Both the position numbers and the translations under genes were made by a program. The notes under the pieces are model-generated. The model was given only the letters and a program-made list of their open reading frames with translations. It did not search any database and was not told where the DNA came from. 64,000 bases of DNA from Aquificota bacterium. GTDB taxonomy: Bacteria; Thermosulfidibacterota; Thermosulfidibacteria; Thermosulfidibacterales; B14-G1. Shown here in pieces: positions 1 to 8,573 of the stretch (the first letter of the stretch is position 1; the number at the start of each line of letters is the position of its first letter). Where the stretch lies: contig WFSL01000024.1 in NCBI GenBank assembly GCA_015486015.1, positions 41,780 to 105,779 on the forward strand. The letters run 5' to 3'.

Positions 1-24
1 CAGTAACCAGGTAGGGGAGTGAGA

Positions 25-585
25 ATGATCAACGCCGGTGCTGTCAGGCCTAACATGAAGCTGGAGATAGAGGGTGATCCTTATATAGTGGTTAATGCAG
101 ATCATGTGAAGCCTGGCAAAGGGCAGGCATTCTCGCGCTTTAAGTTGAAGAACCTCAAGACGGGCTTAGTGGTGGAGAAGACCTACAAGGCCGGGGAGAA
201 GTTGAAGAGGGCGGACTTTCTGGTCAAGAAGGCTCAGTATCTTTACAAGCAGGGGGGTGAGTATTTCTTCATGGACTTGGAAACCTACGAACAGATCCCT
301 ATCTTGGGGGATGTGTTGGGTACGGACAAAGACTTTTTGGCAGAGAATGTGGAGGTGAGGCTTCTGCTCTTCAAAGGTGAACCTGTGGGTGTGGAGCTTC
401 CCACCGCCGTGGACCTTCGAGTAGTGGAGACGGAACCAGGGGTGAAGGGTGATACGGCATCGGGAGGGACCAAGCCTGCAAGGCTGGAAACGGGGGTCGT
501 GGTTCAAGTGCCTTTCTTCATAAGCGAAGGGGACATAGTGAGGGTGGATACCAGAAAGGGGGAGTATGTGGAGAGGGTGAAGTGA
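25..585 (+). CDS. efp: Elongation factor P
   Basis: N-terminus [23 protein letters not shown] and the KPGKGQAF loop are the canonical EF-P signature. A GGGGAG RBS sits upstream of the ATG at 25; a GTG at 19 is in frame. Confidence 0.9.
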   Translation: MINAGAVRPNMKLEIEGDPYIVVNADHVKPGKGQAFSRFKLKNLKTGLVVEKTYKAGEKLKRADFLVKKAQYLYKQGGEYFFMDLETYEQIPILGDVLGTDKDFLAENVEVRLLLFKGEPVGVELPTAVDLRVVETEPGVKGDTASGGTKPARLETGVVVQVPFFISEGDIVRVDTRKGEYVERVK

Positions 586-1046
586 TGGACACAAGGGAGC
601 TTTTGGAGCTGGTTAAGGCCCTTGCCGAGATGCCTGTAGATGAGCTGGAATTAGAAGTAGAGGGGGTAAGGCTGAGGATAAAGAAGGCCATCCCTAAACC
701 GGTTTCTGAAAAGGTTGAGGTCCCCTCCGCTTCAGTCTCTGTGCCTTCTGTTGCCCATCGAGTTGCCCAAGATGTGGGCCTTTCTCCCACTTTTCCACCT
801 GATGCAGTGGTTGTCCGATCACCCATTGTGGGCACCTTTTATAGATCACCTTCCCCTGACTCTCCCCCCTACGTTGAGATAGGTGACATTGTGGAAAAGG
901 GGCAGACTCTATGTATCATTGAGGCCATGAAGATCATGAACGAGATAGAGTCGGAGGTTAAGGGGGAGATCCTGGATATCTTGGTGGAGAATGCGGACTC
1001 TGTGGAGTATGGGCAGCCCCTCTTCTTGGTGAAGCCTTTTTCCTAA
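585..1046 (+). CDS. accB: Biotin carboxyl carrier protein of acetyl-CoA carboxylase
   Basis: C-terminal biotinyl domain with the [10 protein letters not shown] motif (biotinylated Lys in AMKM/AMKI) preceded by a Pro/Ala-rich linker. The start overlaps the efp stop. Confidence 0.9.
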   Translation: MDTRELLELVKALAEMPVDELELEVEGVRLRIKKAIPKPVSEKVEVPSASVSVPSVAHRVAQDVGLSPTFPPDAVVVRSPIVGTFYRSPSPDSPPYVEIGDIVEKGQTLCIIEAMKIMNEIESEVKGEILDILVENADSVEYGQPLFLVKPFS

Positions 1047-1059
1047 GTACTTGGCTGTG

Positions 1060-2394
1060 ATGGTGAGGAGGGTTCTTATAGCCAACAGGGGGGAGATTGC
1101 TCTCAGGATACTCAGGGCTTGCAGGGAGTTGGGTTTGGAAACAGTAGTGGTCTATTCTGAAGCGGATTGCGATTCCTTGCCGGTGCAACTGGCGGACAGG
1201 GCCATCTGTATAGGTCCTCCCGAGCCTGTTAATAGCTATCTCAATGTTCAGAGCATCATGAGTGCTGCGGAGATAGCGATGGCCGATGCGGTTCATCCCG
1301 GCTATGGTTTTTTGTCTGAAAACCCAGAGTTTGCTGAGATTTGCATGGCCTGCGATCTGGTGTTTATTGGCCCTCCAGCGCATGTGATGCGCCTCATGGG
1401 GCACAAGGCAGGTGCCAGGGCCAAGGTGGCTTCATGGGGCATTCCGGTGATCCCTGGGAGCGAGGGAGAGATAGAGGCGGAGGAAGAGGCAATAGAGGTG
1501 GCGCGCGAGGTAGGATACCCTGTACTTATGAAGGCGGCGGCAGGTGGTGGTGGTAGGGGGATGCGCTTGGCAAGGGACGAGGATGAGTTGCGCCAGGTCT
1601 TTAATACCGCAAGATCAGAGGCTGGGGCGGCCTTTGGGTATGCCGGCCTGTATGTGGAGAAGCTTATCCATCCTGCCAGACATATAGAGGTCCAAGTTGT
1701 GGCCGATGCCAATGGTAATGTGCTGGTGCTGGGGGAGAGGGACTGCTCTCTACAGAGGAGGCATCAGAAGGTGATGGAGGAGGCGCCAGCCTTTCTGCCT
1801 TCACAGCTTAGGGAGCGGCTTTTCGAGGATGCCCGATTAATAACCGAGAGGCTGGGTTATGTGAATGTGGGCACTGTGGAGTTTCTGGTTGATGAGCGTG
1901 GGGACCACTACTTTATCGAGATGAATACAAGAATTCAGGTGGAGCATCCCGTCACAGAGATGGTGACAGGGGTGGACTTGGTGAAGGAGCAGATAAGGAT
2001 TGCATCTGGTGAGCCCCTTTCTGTCTCTCAGAATGATATTAAGGTGGAGGGATGGGCCATTGAGTGTAGGATAAATGCGGAGGACCCAAAGACCTTTCAA
2101 CCGTCTCCTGGCTTAGTGGAGAGGTGGGTGGTCCCTGGTGGTCCAGGGGTGAGGGTGGATAGCGCCGTTTATCAGGGATATGAGATACCTCCATTTTATG
2201 ATTCCCTTGTGGCGAAACTTATTGCACATGGTCGCGATAGAGATGAGGCCATCCAGAGGTGTAGGAGGGCATTGGAGGAGTTTCAAATTAAGGGCATTAA
2301 GACCACCATCCCATTGAGCATGGCCATTCTGGAGTCTGATGATTACCTCCAATGCCGATGTCATATAGATTGGTTGGAGAGGTTCCTTTGGTAA
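1060..2394 (+). CDS. accC: Biotin carboxylase (acetyl-CoA carboxylase subunit)
   Basis: VLIANRGEIALRILRAC N-terminus, an ATP-grasp domain and the HIEVQV / EMNTRIQVEHPVTE motifs place it in the biotin carboxylase family. It follows accB in the classic efp-accBC arrangement. Confidence 0.92.
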   Translation: MVRRVLIANRGEIALRILRACRELGLETVVVYSEADCDSLPVQLADRAICIGPPEPVNSYLNVQSIMSAAEIAMADAVHPGYGFLSENPEFAEICMACDLVFIGPPAHVMRLMGHKAGARAKVASWGIPVIPGSEGEIEAEEEAIEVAREVGYPVLMKAAAGGGGRGMRLARDEDELRQVFNTARSEAGAAFGYAGLYVEKLIHPARHIEVQVVADANGNVLVLGERDCSLQRRHQKVMEEAPAFLPSQLRERLFEDARLITERLGYVNVGTVEFLVDERGDHYFIEMNTRIQVEHPVTEMVTGVDLVKEQIRIASGEPLSVSQNDIKVEGWAIECRINAEDPKTFQPSPGLVERWVVPGGPGVRVDSAVYQGYEIPPFYDSLVAKLIAHGRDRDEAIQRCRRALEEFQIKGIKTTIPLSMAILESDDYLQCRCHIDWLERFLW

Positions 2395-2395
2395 G

Positions 2396-3394
2396 GTGAA
2401 TGATACGCTACTTGTGGTGTGCCTTTCCTCTTTGGGGGATGTAGTTTACACTATCCCAGCGGTTCGGTATTTGAAGGAACTCTATCCAGACGATAGGATA
2501 GTGTGGGTAGTAAATAGGGGTTATGAGAGCCTCCTGCGTTTCCTCCCCTTCGTGGATAGGGCTGTAGCTATGGCCCCGAAGCGTGAGGGGTTTAAAGCAG
2601 CCCTTTATCAGGTGAAGGCTGAAAAGCCAGCGGTGGCCTATGATTTTCAGGGGAGCTTGAAGAGCATGCTGTTGATCTATCTCTCAGGGGCCAAGAGCAG
2701 GATAGGCCAAATTGCAAGTGGATGGAGGGGGCTCCTTGGGAGTCTGTTTTTGAACAAGAGGGTGAATCCTCCTGCCTTGCTCCATAAGGTGGATGAACGA
2801 ATGGCCCTTGTCTCTCATGAGGGGGTGACCGGTTTATCCTCCTTTGGGCTGGAGATCCCCAGGGATGAGGATCAAAAGGCACGTTCCCTCATTGGACCTC
2901 TGGGTATCAGGGGCCCCTATGTTGCCCTCTTGCCTGGTGCCTGTTGGCCTACAAAGCGGTGGCCTGTGGAGCATTTTGCCTGGTTAGCTGGGATGTTGAA
3001 GAGGTATTATTCTATTCCTTCCCTGGTTCTCTGGAGGCCAGTGGATGAGGAGGTGATAGTTCCGCTGCGCGGTGATACTCGTGTGAAGGTGACTCCTCTC
3101 ATGAGCCTTGGGGAAACAATGGCGCTATTGAAGCGCAGTCTCGTGGTTGTAGGTGGAGACACGGGCCTCCTACATCTGGCGGCTGCCTTGGGGCGACCCA
3201 CTCTGGGTCTCTATGGTCCATCTCATGCCTGGAGGGAGGGTCCTTATGGCGATCATCACCTCGTCTTAGAGGTTTCCTGTGAAGAGAGGGGCTGCTACAG
3301 GAAGAGGTGCAGTCGGGCATGCGTGGCTTCTATCCCTAAGGAGATGGTGTGGGATGCACTAAAGGTGATACTGGATGAGGAGATGGGCAGGTGA
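2396..3394 (+). CDS. Glycosyltransferase family 9 (ADP-heptose:LPS heptosyltransferase-like)
   Basis: N-terminus LLVVCLSSLGDVVYTIPAVRYLKELYPD and the C-terminal GGDTGLLHLAAALGRPTLGLYGPS motif are typical of WaaC/WaaF-type heptosyltransferases. Confidence 0.75.
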   Translation: MNDTLLVVCLSSLGDVVYTIPAVRYLKELYPDDRIVWVVNRGYESLLRFLPFVDRAVAMAPKREGFKAALYQVKAEKPAVAYDFQGSLKSMLLIYLSGAKSRIGQIASGWRGLLGSLFLNKRVNPPALLHKVDERMALVSHEGVTGLSSFGLEIPRDEDQKARSLIGPLGIRGPYVALLPGACWPTKRWPVEHFAWLAGMLKRYYSIPSLVLWRPVDEEVIVPLRGDTRVKVTPLMSLGETMALLKRSLVVVGGDTGLLHLAAALGRPTLGLYGPSHAWREGPYGDHHLVLEVSCEERGCYRKRCSRACVASIPKEMVWDALKVILDEEMGR

Positions 3395-3435
3395 GCTTTT
3401 GAGGGGTTATCTTTGGGGAGTTTTAGGGGGTGGTG

Positions 3436-3711
3436 GGTATGCAGCGTGCCCATATATGGGTTTCAGGAAGGGTTCAGGGTGTGTGGTATCGGGCGTCCAC
3501 TGTGGAGGAGGCTCGGAAGTTAGGTTTGAAGGGCTGGGTGAGAAACCTTCCGGATGGGAGAGTGGAGATCTTGGTCGAGGGTCGTAAGGAGAACTTGGAT
3601 AGGCTCATTGCTTGGTGTCATGAGGGTCCCCCATTGGCCATAGTGGATGAGGTTAGGGTGGTCTGGGAACCTTACATTGGGGATCTCTCCGGCTTTACGT
3701 TGGCCTATTAA
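3436..3711 (+). CDS. acyP: Acylphosphatase
   Basis: About 90 aa with the VSGRVQGVWYRAST and GWVRNLPDGRVEI signature motifs of acylphosphatase. Confidence 0.85.
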   Translation, partial: GMQRAHIWVSGRVQGVWYRASTVEEARKLGLKGWVRNLPDGRVEILVEGRKENLDRLIAWCHEGPPLAIVDEVRVVWEPYIGDLSGFTLAY

Positions 3712-3764
3712 AGGTGGGAGAAAGGTGGGCAGATCATACTTGAACGGGGTGAAGTGTGATTTTC

Positions 3765-4682
3765 TCAGGCGTTATAGAGTTGAAGTGCTAATTGTTCAAT
3801 GTAGGGGCGATTCTCAAGTTTTGAGATCCAAGTAGTGGGAATGGCATCAATTCCAAGATATGCCCCAGAAATAGCCCCTGCCATAGCTCCAAGTGTGTCA
3901 CGGTCACCGCCGTTTAACACTGCGCACATCAGGCAGTTTTTGTAAGAATCAGTATGGCGTAAAAAGGCATAGACCGCAAAAGGCATGGATTCGTGGATAG
4001 CAACGGATCTACCTATCTTGCTGGCGGCATCCGATGGTTGACTCCCTTTTGTGATAAGCTCCTTAATGAAGGCCATCTTGTTGCGGATCTCTCCTGTTTC
4101 TGCTGCCTCTATGAGAGATTCTATGAAGCTGCTGAGAGGAAAAGGCTTAGAGGGGTCCAATTCTAAGGCCTTTGCTATGGCCAAGGCCTGAATTGCTGCC
4201 CCATCTCTCCCTATGGGATGGGCATGGGTTACCTCTGCAGATAGTTTGGCCTTTTCTAAGATATCGGGCTTGCCGTGGAAAAAGATGCCCACTGGCACAA
4301 TGCGCATTGCTGAGCCGTTCCCAAAAGACCCCTGCCCGCCAAAGAGGCTTTGAGCCGCCTCTTTATATGTGATCTTTTGGCGGCTCACCAGATCAAAGAC
4401 CTTTGGGGGGCCAGGGGCATACCCCCGCCACGGTTCTCTAAGGAAGTTGCGCCGGAAGGTCTCTCCTATATGCTCCTGGTCTATGTCCCCTTTTTCCAAG
4501 AGAGATTCGGCAAGGCCAATTGCCATGGCGGTATCGTCCGTGTATCTAAGTACTGTAGTGCGATCTATTATCTGAACAAGGGCATCCTCCCGAGAATAGC
4601 GAAAGGCCAGCTCCCCGATGGCATCACCCAGGGCGCTCCCTATCATCGCTCCCACGAATTTGCTTTTGAGATCAAGGGGCAT
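3765..4682 (-). CDS. ADP-ribosylglycohydrolase family protein (ARH/DraG-like)
   Basis: N-terminus GAMIGSALGDAIGE...YTDDTAMAIGLAESL is the ARH metal-binding signature; C-terminal GGDTDTLGAMAGAISGAYLG is the second conserved Asp cluster. Confidence 0.8.
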   Translation of the reverse strand: MPLDLKSKFVGAMIGSALGDAIGELAFRYSREDALVQIIDRTTVLRYTDDTAMAIGLAESLLEKGDIDQEHIGETFRRNFLREPWRGYAPGPPKVFDLVSRQKITYKEAAQSLFGGQGSFGNGSAMRIVPVGIFFHGKPDILEKAKLSAEVTHAHPIGRDGAAIQALAIAKALELDPSKPFPLSSFIESLIEAAETGEIRNKMAFIKELITKGSQPSDAASKIGRSVAIHESMPFAVYAFLRHTDSYKNCLMCAVLNGGDRDTLGAMAGAISGAYLGIDAIPTTWISKLENRPYIEQLALQLYNA

Positions 4683-4896
4683 GAATCTCGACCTCTGACA
4701 AATCTATGATCACTTCTAATTTAGAATTTATCATGGAGAACTACCAAATTCAAGATCAGTGTAGTTTTTGGACCTTTTAAGATCCCAATATACAGGAGGA
4801 TTATTATTTAATAAATCAATTTGATCTATTGGTTTTTTATATATAAAAGTTTGGCTGGACCGTTAGGTCAGCATGAAATCTTGAGGGGGTGTGGGT

Positions 4897-6360
4897 ATGG
4901 AACAAGTGAAATGCACTGTGCCCAAGGCCCTAACAAAAAGGATAGGCCTTGTCTTGGTAATGTTGGTGTCCTTGGTGCTGATATTGGTAACGCAGAATAT
5001 TTCCTTTGGTGCCGAGGTGGTGTTTGTGAATGCACCCAGGGAGACCTGGCCTAAGGAGAAGCTTACCTTAGGGACTGAGGCAAGACTCAGATACGAAAGC
5101 CTCCATAATTTTAATTTCCTTGGGTATGGTAATTCTGTCCCCGTTGGTAAGAAAAGGGACGATATCCTTCTTGGAAGATTAAGGGTTGGTGTTAATTACA
5201 AGTTTAGTGAAAGGTTAAGGGCCTCTTTATGGGGTTATCAGGCAAATGCCTGGGATTTCTCGATTCCTCTAAAGACCTTTAAAAACCCCATCTTTGGTAT
5301 GGAAGATCAGCCATTCGAGGACAGATTAGAGCTATACAAGGCTTATATTGAGGTGAGGCTTTTGGATAAACTCAAGCTCAAAGTGGGCAGACAACGGCTG
5401 GATTATGGGGATTTTAGAACGTTTGGCCTCTGTAACTGGACCAATACGGGTCCTTATCTTTGGGATGCAGTAAAGCTTTCATATGATTTTAACAGGGGCG
5501 ATTTCATAGATATCTTTTATGGGAGAACCAAGATAAATGATTCAAAGAAATTCAGCTTAAACCACAGGCATGCCTTCAATGGCGTAGGCATGTACAGCAG
5601 CTTCAAGCTTCCCTTTTTAAAGGCAACAATCGAGCCTTTCTTCTCATACAAGGGGGATAATACAGATAAATACAGTGGTGAAAAAGGTGGGGAAGGAAGG
5701 CTGAACGAATACTATATAGGCGCCAGAATCTGGGGCAGAGACTTTTATAACTTCGATTATGATTTCTGGTTCTCTAAGGAGTTTGGAAGGAGAGGTCCAG
5801 ACGGTATAGATGCTTATGCCTATCATTTGCTTGTGGGTTATAATTTCAAAAATCTGTGGGCTAAGCCAAGGCTCAGTTTGGAGTTTACCTACTCCTCAGG
5901 GGATGACGACCCTGACGATGGGGACCATAAGACCTTCGATGTAGGGTATGGTGTGTGGGGTTCTTGGTATGGAAACCAATGGAGTTTCTTCCGTTGGAGG
6001 AACTTTCAAGACCTCCAGACAAACCTTGAGCTGTGGCCTGTTAAAGGGGTACACGTGGTTTTGGGTCTGCATAACTATTGGTTGGCAAAGAGGGAGGACG
6101 CCTGGTACCTGAATCCGCATCTCTATAGAGACCCTAAAGGCGATTCGGGTAGAAAGGTGGGGGAGACCTTCGATGTTACTGTTAATGTGAATTTAAGCAA
6201 GGTATTTCCAAATGCTTCTCTGCTTAAAGGCCACTTTTTGAGTGCTACCTATGGGCACTTCTTCCCCAGCGAGGTTCCACAAAATATGGCGGATGAGGAA
6301 AGTGGAGCAAACTGGTTTTACATCCAATGGGGTTTTAAGCGTTCATGGAAGATTCTCTGA
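4897..6360 (+). CDS. Outer-membrane beta-barrel protein, alginate-export/porin-like family
   Basis: Signal peptide (hydrophobic LVLVMLVSLVLILV then FGA|EV) followed by alternating aromatic/hydrophilic beta-strand patterning rich in Y/W/F/G/D/N. The LRYESL motif near the N-terminus is reminiscent of the AlgE-type export barrel. An AT-rich promoter region lies upstream. Confidence 0.55.
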   Translation: MEQVKCTVPKALTKRIGLVLVMLVSLVLILVTQNISFGAEVVFVNAPRETWPKEKLTLGTEARLRYESLHNFNFLGYGNSVPVGKKRDDILLGRLRVGVNYKFSERLRASLWGYQANAWDFSIPLKTFKNPIFGMEDQPFEDRLELYKAYIEVRLLDKLKLKVGRQRLDYGDFRTFGLCNWTNTGPYLWDAVKLSYDFNRGDFIDIFYGRTKINDSKKFSLNHRHAFNGVGMYSSFKLPFLKATIEPFFSYKGDNTDKYSGEKGGEGRLNEYYIGARIWGRDFYNFDYDFWFSKEFGRRGPDGIDAYAYHLLVGYNFKNLWAKPRLSLEFTYSSGDDDPDDGDHKTFDVGYGVWGSWYGNQWSFFRWRNFQDLQTNLELWPVKGVHVVLGLHNYWLAKREDAWYLNPHLYRDPKGDSGRKVGETFDVTVNVNLSKVFPNASLLKGHFLSATYGHFFPSEVPQNMADEESGANWFYIQWGFKRSWKIL

Positions 6361-6372
6361 GGAGGTAGGATT

Positions 6373-7644
6373 ATGGAAGACTACCATGGAATGTGGGCAG
6401 AGCTTGGTCTTGATTTAGAAAGACACGATGAGTTCTTAAAGGGTCTCGGCCCTGCTTACCAGGAAATATACCTGAGTCAGAGATTCAGGCCCAAGGGCAT
6501 GGAGTACTTTGATTTCATCACCTCTGAGGTTCATGGATTGAGGATTAAAGAGCTATTGGAGCTTAAAGAAAAGGGATGCAGGATTGTGGGTACCTTTTGT
6601 GTCTATGTGCCCGAGGAGATCGTCATGGCTACAAGTGGCGTATGGGTTGGTGTCTGTGGAGGCTCTCAGTTCTCTATTCCCGATGCTGAAACGACGCTAC
6701 CCAGAAACCTGTGCCCCCTTATCAAATCTGCCTTTGGATTCATGAAGGCCAAAGCCTCTCCCTACTATAGGGTCCCTGATCTATTTGTGGGTGAGGCTAC
6801 CTGTGACGGGAAGAAGAAGGTATGGGAGATATTTGGAAACTATGTGCCCTTCTACACCATGGAGATTCCCAATGCCAAAAATTATATGGGCAAAAGGCTA
6901 TGGTTGGAGGAGGTGATAAAGTTCAAGGAGAAGATGGAGATGGAGTCTGGTATTTCCATCACCCCTGAAAGGTTAGAGGAGGGGATCCTGGCAGTAAATA
7001 GGAAAAGGAGGGCTTTGGCCAGGCTCTTCGACCTCAGAAAGGCTGATCCTCCTCCCATTAGCGGGAAGGATGCCCTCTTGGTGTCGCAGATCGCCTATTA
7101 TGATGATCCCGAAAGGTTTGCCACAAAAGTGAATGACCTTTGCGACGAGCTGGAGGAAAGGGTGCAAAAGGGGATGGGTGTTGTAGAAAAAGGGACACCC
7201 AGGATCATGATTTCGGGCTGCCCATTTGCCCTTCCTTTCTGGAAGGTTCACCACATTGTTGAAAGCAGTAAAGCGGTTGTTGTTTGTGAAGAGAGCTGTG
7301 TGGGTACCAGATATTTCACCAACCTGGTAGACGAGGGACTTCCCACATTAGAGGATAAGTTAGAGGCCATAGCCGAGCGCTATCTCAAGATAAACTGTAG
7401 CTGCTTTACTCCTAATGATGAAAGGATCGAAGAAATTGCACAATATGTTAAAGATTTTAAGGTTGATGGGGTCATTCTCTTTACCCTCCAGTTTTGCCTT
7501 ACCTATAGCATAGAGTGTATTAAGGTACAGGAGGCCTTAAAGAAGCTCAGTGTTCCAGTGTTAGAGATAGAGACAGACTATGGGGAGCAAGATGTAGGGC
7601 AGTTGCAAACAAGGATAGAGGCGTTTATAGAGCAAATATTATAG
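6373..7644 (+). CDS. 2-hydroxyacyl-CoA dehydratase family protein (HgdB / D-component-like subunit)
   Basis: The protein has the spaced cysteines (CVYVPEE, C-D-GKKK, CEESCVG, CFTPND, CLTYSIEC) and overall architecture of the 2-hydroxyglutaryl-CoA dehydratase D-component / benzoyl-CoA reductase B/C subunit family. It is immediately followed by the cognate activase. Confidence 0.7.
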   Translation: MEDYHGMWAELGLDLERHDEFLKGLGPAYQEIYLSQRFRPKGMEYFDFITSEVHGLRIKELLELKEKGCRIVGTFCVYVPEEIVMATSGVWVGVCGGSQFSIPDAETTLPRNLCPLIKSAFGFMKAKASPYYRVPDLFVGEATCDGKKKVWEIFGNYVPFYTMEIPNAKNYMGKRLWLEEVIKFKEKMEMESGISITPERLEEGILAVNRKRRALARLFDLRKADPPPISGKDALLVSQIAYYDDPERFATKVNDLCDELEERVQKGMGVVEKGTPRIMISGCPFALPFWKVHHIVESSKAVVVCEESCVGTRYFTNLVDEGLPTLEDKLEAIAERYLKINCSCFTPNDERIEEIAQYVKDFKVDGVILFTLQFCLTYSIECIKVQEALKKLSVPVLEIETDYGEQDVGQLQTRIEAFIEQIL

Positions 7645-7657
7645 GGGTTTTGATGGC

Positions 7658-8401
7658 ATGTTTGGTGGTATTGATATCGGCTCTCGGACAGTGAAGATTG
7701 TGATTATGGAGAATGGACATGTAAGGGATTTTCAGGTGATAAATAGCGGTCATGACCCTTATGCTCAGGCCTTTAAGCTAATAAATACCTATAAACCAAA
7801 AAGATTAGTGGCTACAGGATACGGACGTCATGCCCTGGAGTTGGATCTTGCTCATAAGGTGATTACGGAGATAAAGGCCCATGCCATAGGCGCAAGGCAT
7901 CTTTATCCCAGCTGCAGGACAGTGATTGATGTGGGGGGCCAGGATAGCAAGGTCATGTCCTTGAGTGAGAACGGGAAAGTTATGGATTTTAAGATGAATG
8001 ATCGTTGTGCCGCTGGGACTGGAAGGTTCCTTGAGATTATGGCCAAAACCCTGGGGTTTTCAATAGAAGAGTTTGGTGAAGAGGCGTTATCCGCTCAGGA
8101 GTCGGTAAAGATAAACAGCATGTGTACCGTCTTCGCAGAATCGGAGGTGATCTCTCTCATATCAAGGCGTGTACCTTTGTTGAGCATTGCCTTGGGCGTG
8201 CATGAGGCCATTGCGGATCGCATCTCCTCTTTGGCTCACAGGGTGGAGGTCTTGTCCGATGTAGTCTTTACCGGAGGGGTGGCCAGGAACCCTTGTGTCC
8301 ACAGGTTGTTGGAAGAGAGGCTTAGGCAGAGGATATTAGTGCCTCAACATCCGGAGATAGTGGGGGCTTTGGGTGCAGCTATTGAGGCAGAGACCATTTA
8401 A
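7658..8401 (+). CDS. CoA-substrate-specific enzyme activase (HgdC/BcrAD-BadFG ATPase family)
   Basis: N-terminal GIDIGSRTVKIVIMEN (ASKHA actin-like fold), GYGRH, DVGGQDSK and CAAGTGRFLE motifs are typical of the ATP-dependent [4Fe-4S] activator of 2-hydroxyacyl-CoA dehydratases. Confidence 0.85.
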   Translation: MFGGIDIGSRTVKIVIMENGHVRDFQVINSGHDPYAQAFKLINTYKPKRLVATGYGRHALELDLAHKVITEIKAHAIGARHLYPSCRTVIDVGGQDSKVMSLSENGKVMDFKMNDRCAAGTGRFLEIMAKTLGFSIEEFGEEALSAQESVKINSMCTVFAESEVISLISRRVPLLSIALGVHEAIADRISSLAHRVEVLSDVVFTGGVARNPCVHRLLEERLRQRILVPQHPEIVGALGAAIEAETI

Positions 8402-8484
8402 GGCTGATCTGAGCGCTATGCTCCGGCCTTTGGAGAGTGCCTCGCGGGGCCTAACATCGGATTCATGGGAGTGGCACTTTTGCA

Positions 8485-8560
8485 GGCATTATAGGACACA
8501 TCCGCCTGTAGTGATCCTTATGGCGAGGAATTGCCAAATTCAATGGTAGACCCCAAAACT
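8485..8560. repeat. Copy A of a ~70-nt direct repeat in the 3' flank of the minus-strand ligase gene
   Basis: GGCATTATAGGACACATCCGCCTGTAGTGATCCTTATGGCGAGGAATTGCCAAATTCAATGGTAGACCCC aligns at roughly 80% identity with 10427-10495 (GGCATTGTAGGGTATGTCCGCTTGTAGTGATCTTTGCGGCGAAAATTGCCAAATTCAAGACCTGACCCCC). Confidence 0.7.
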
Positions 8561-8573
8561 GTTAGTCTCGACC

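Noticed and set aside
8471-8490. TGGCAC-TTT-TGCA resembling a sigma-54 -24/-12 element
   Set aside because: The spacing between GG and GC is about 3 nt too short, and it lies downstream of a gene end rather than upstream of a start.
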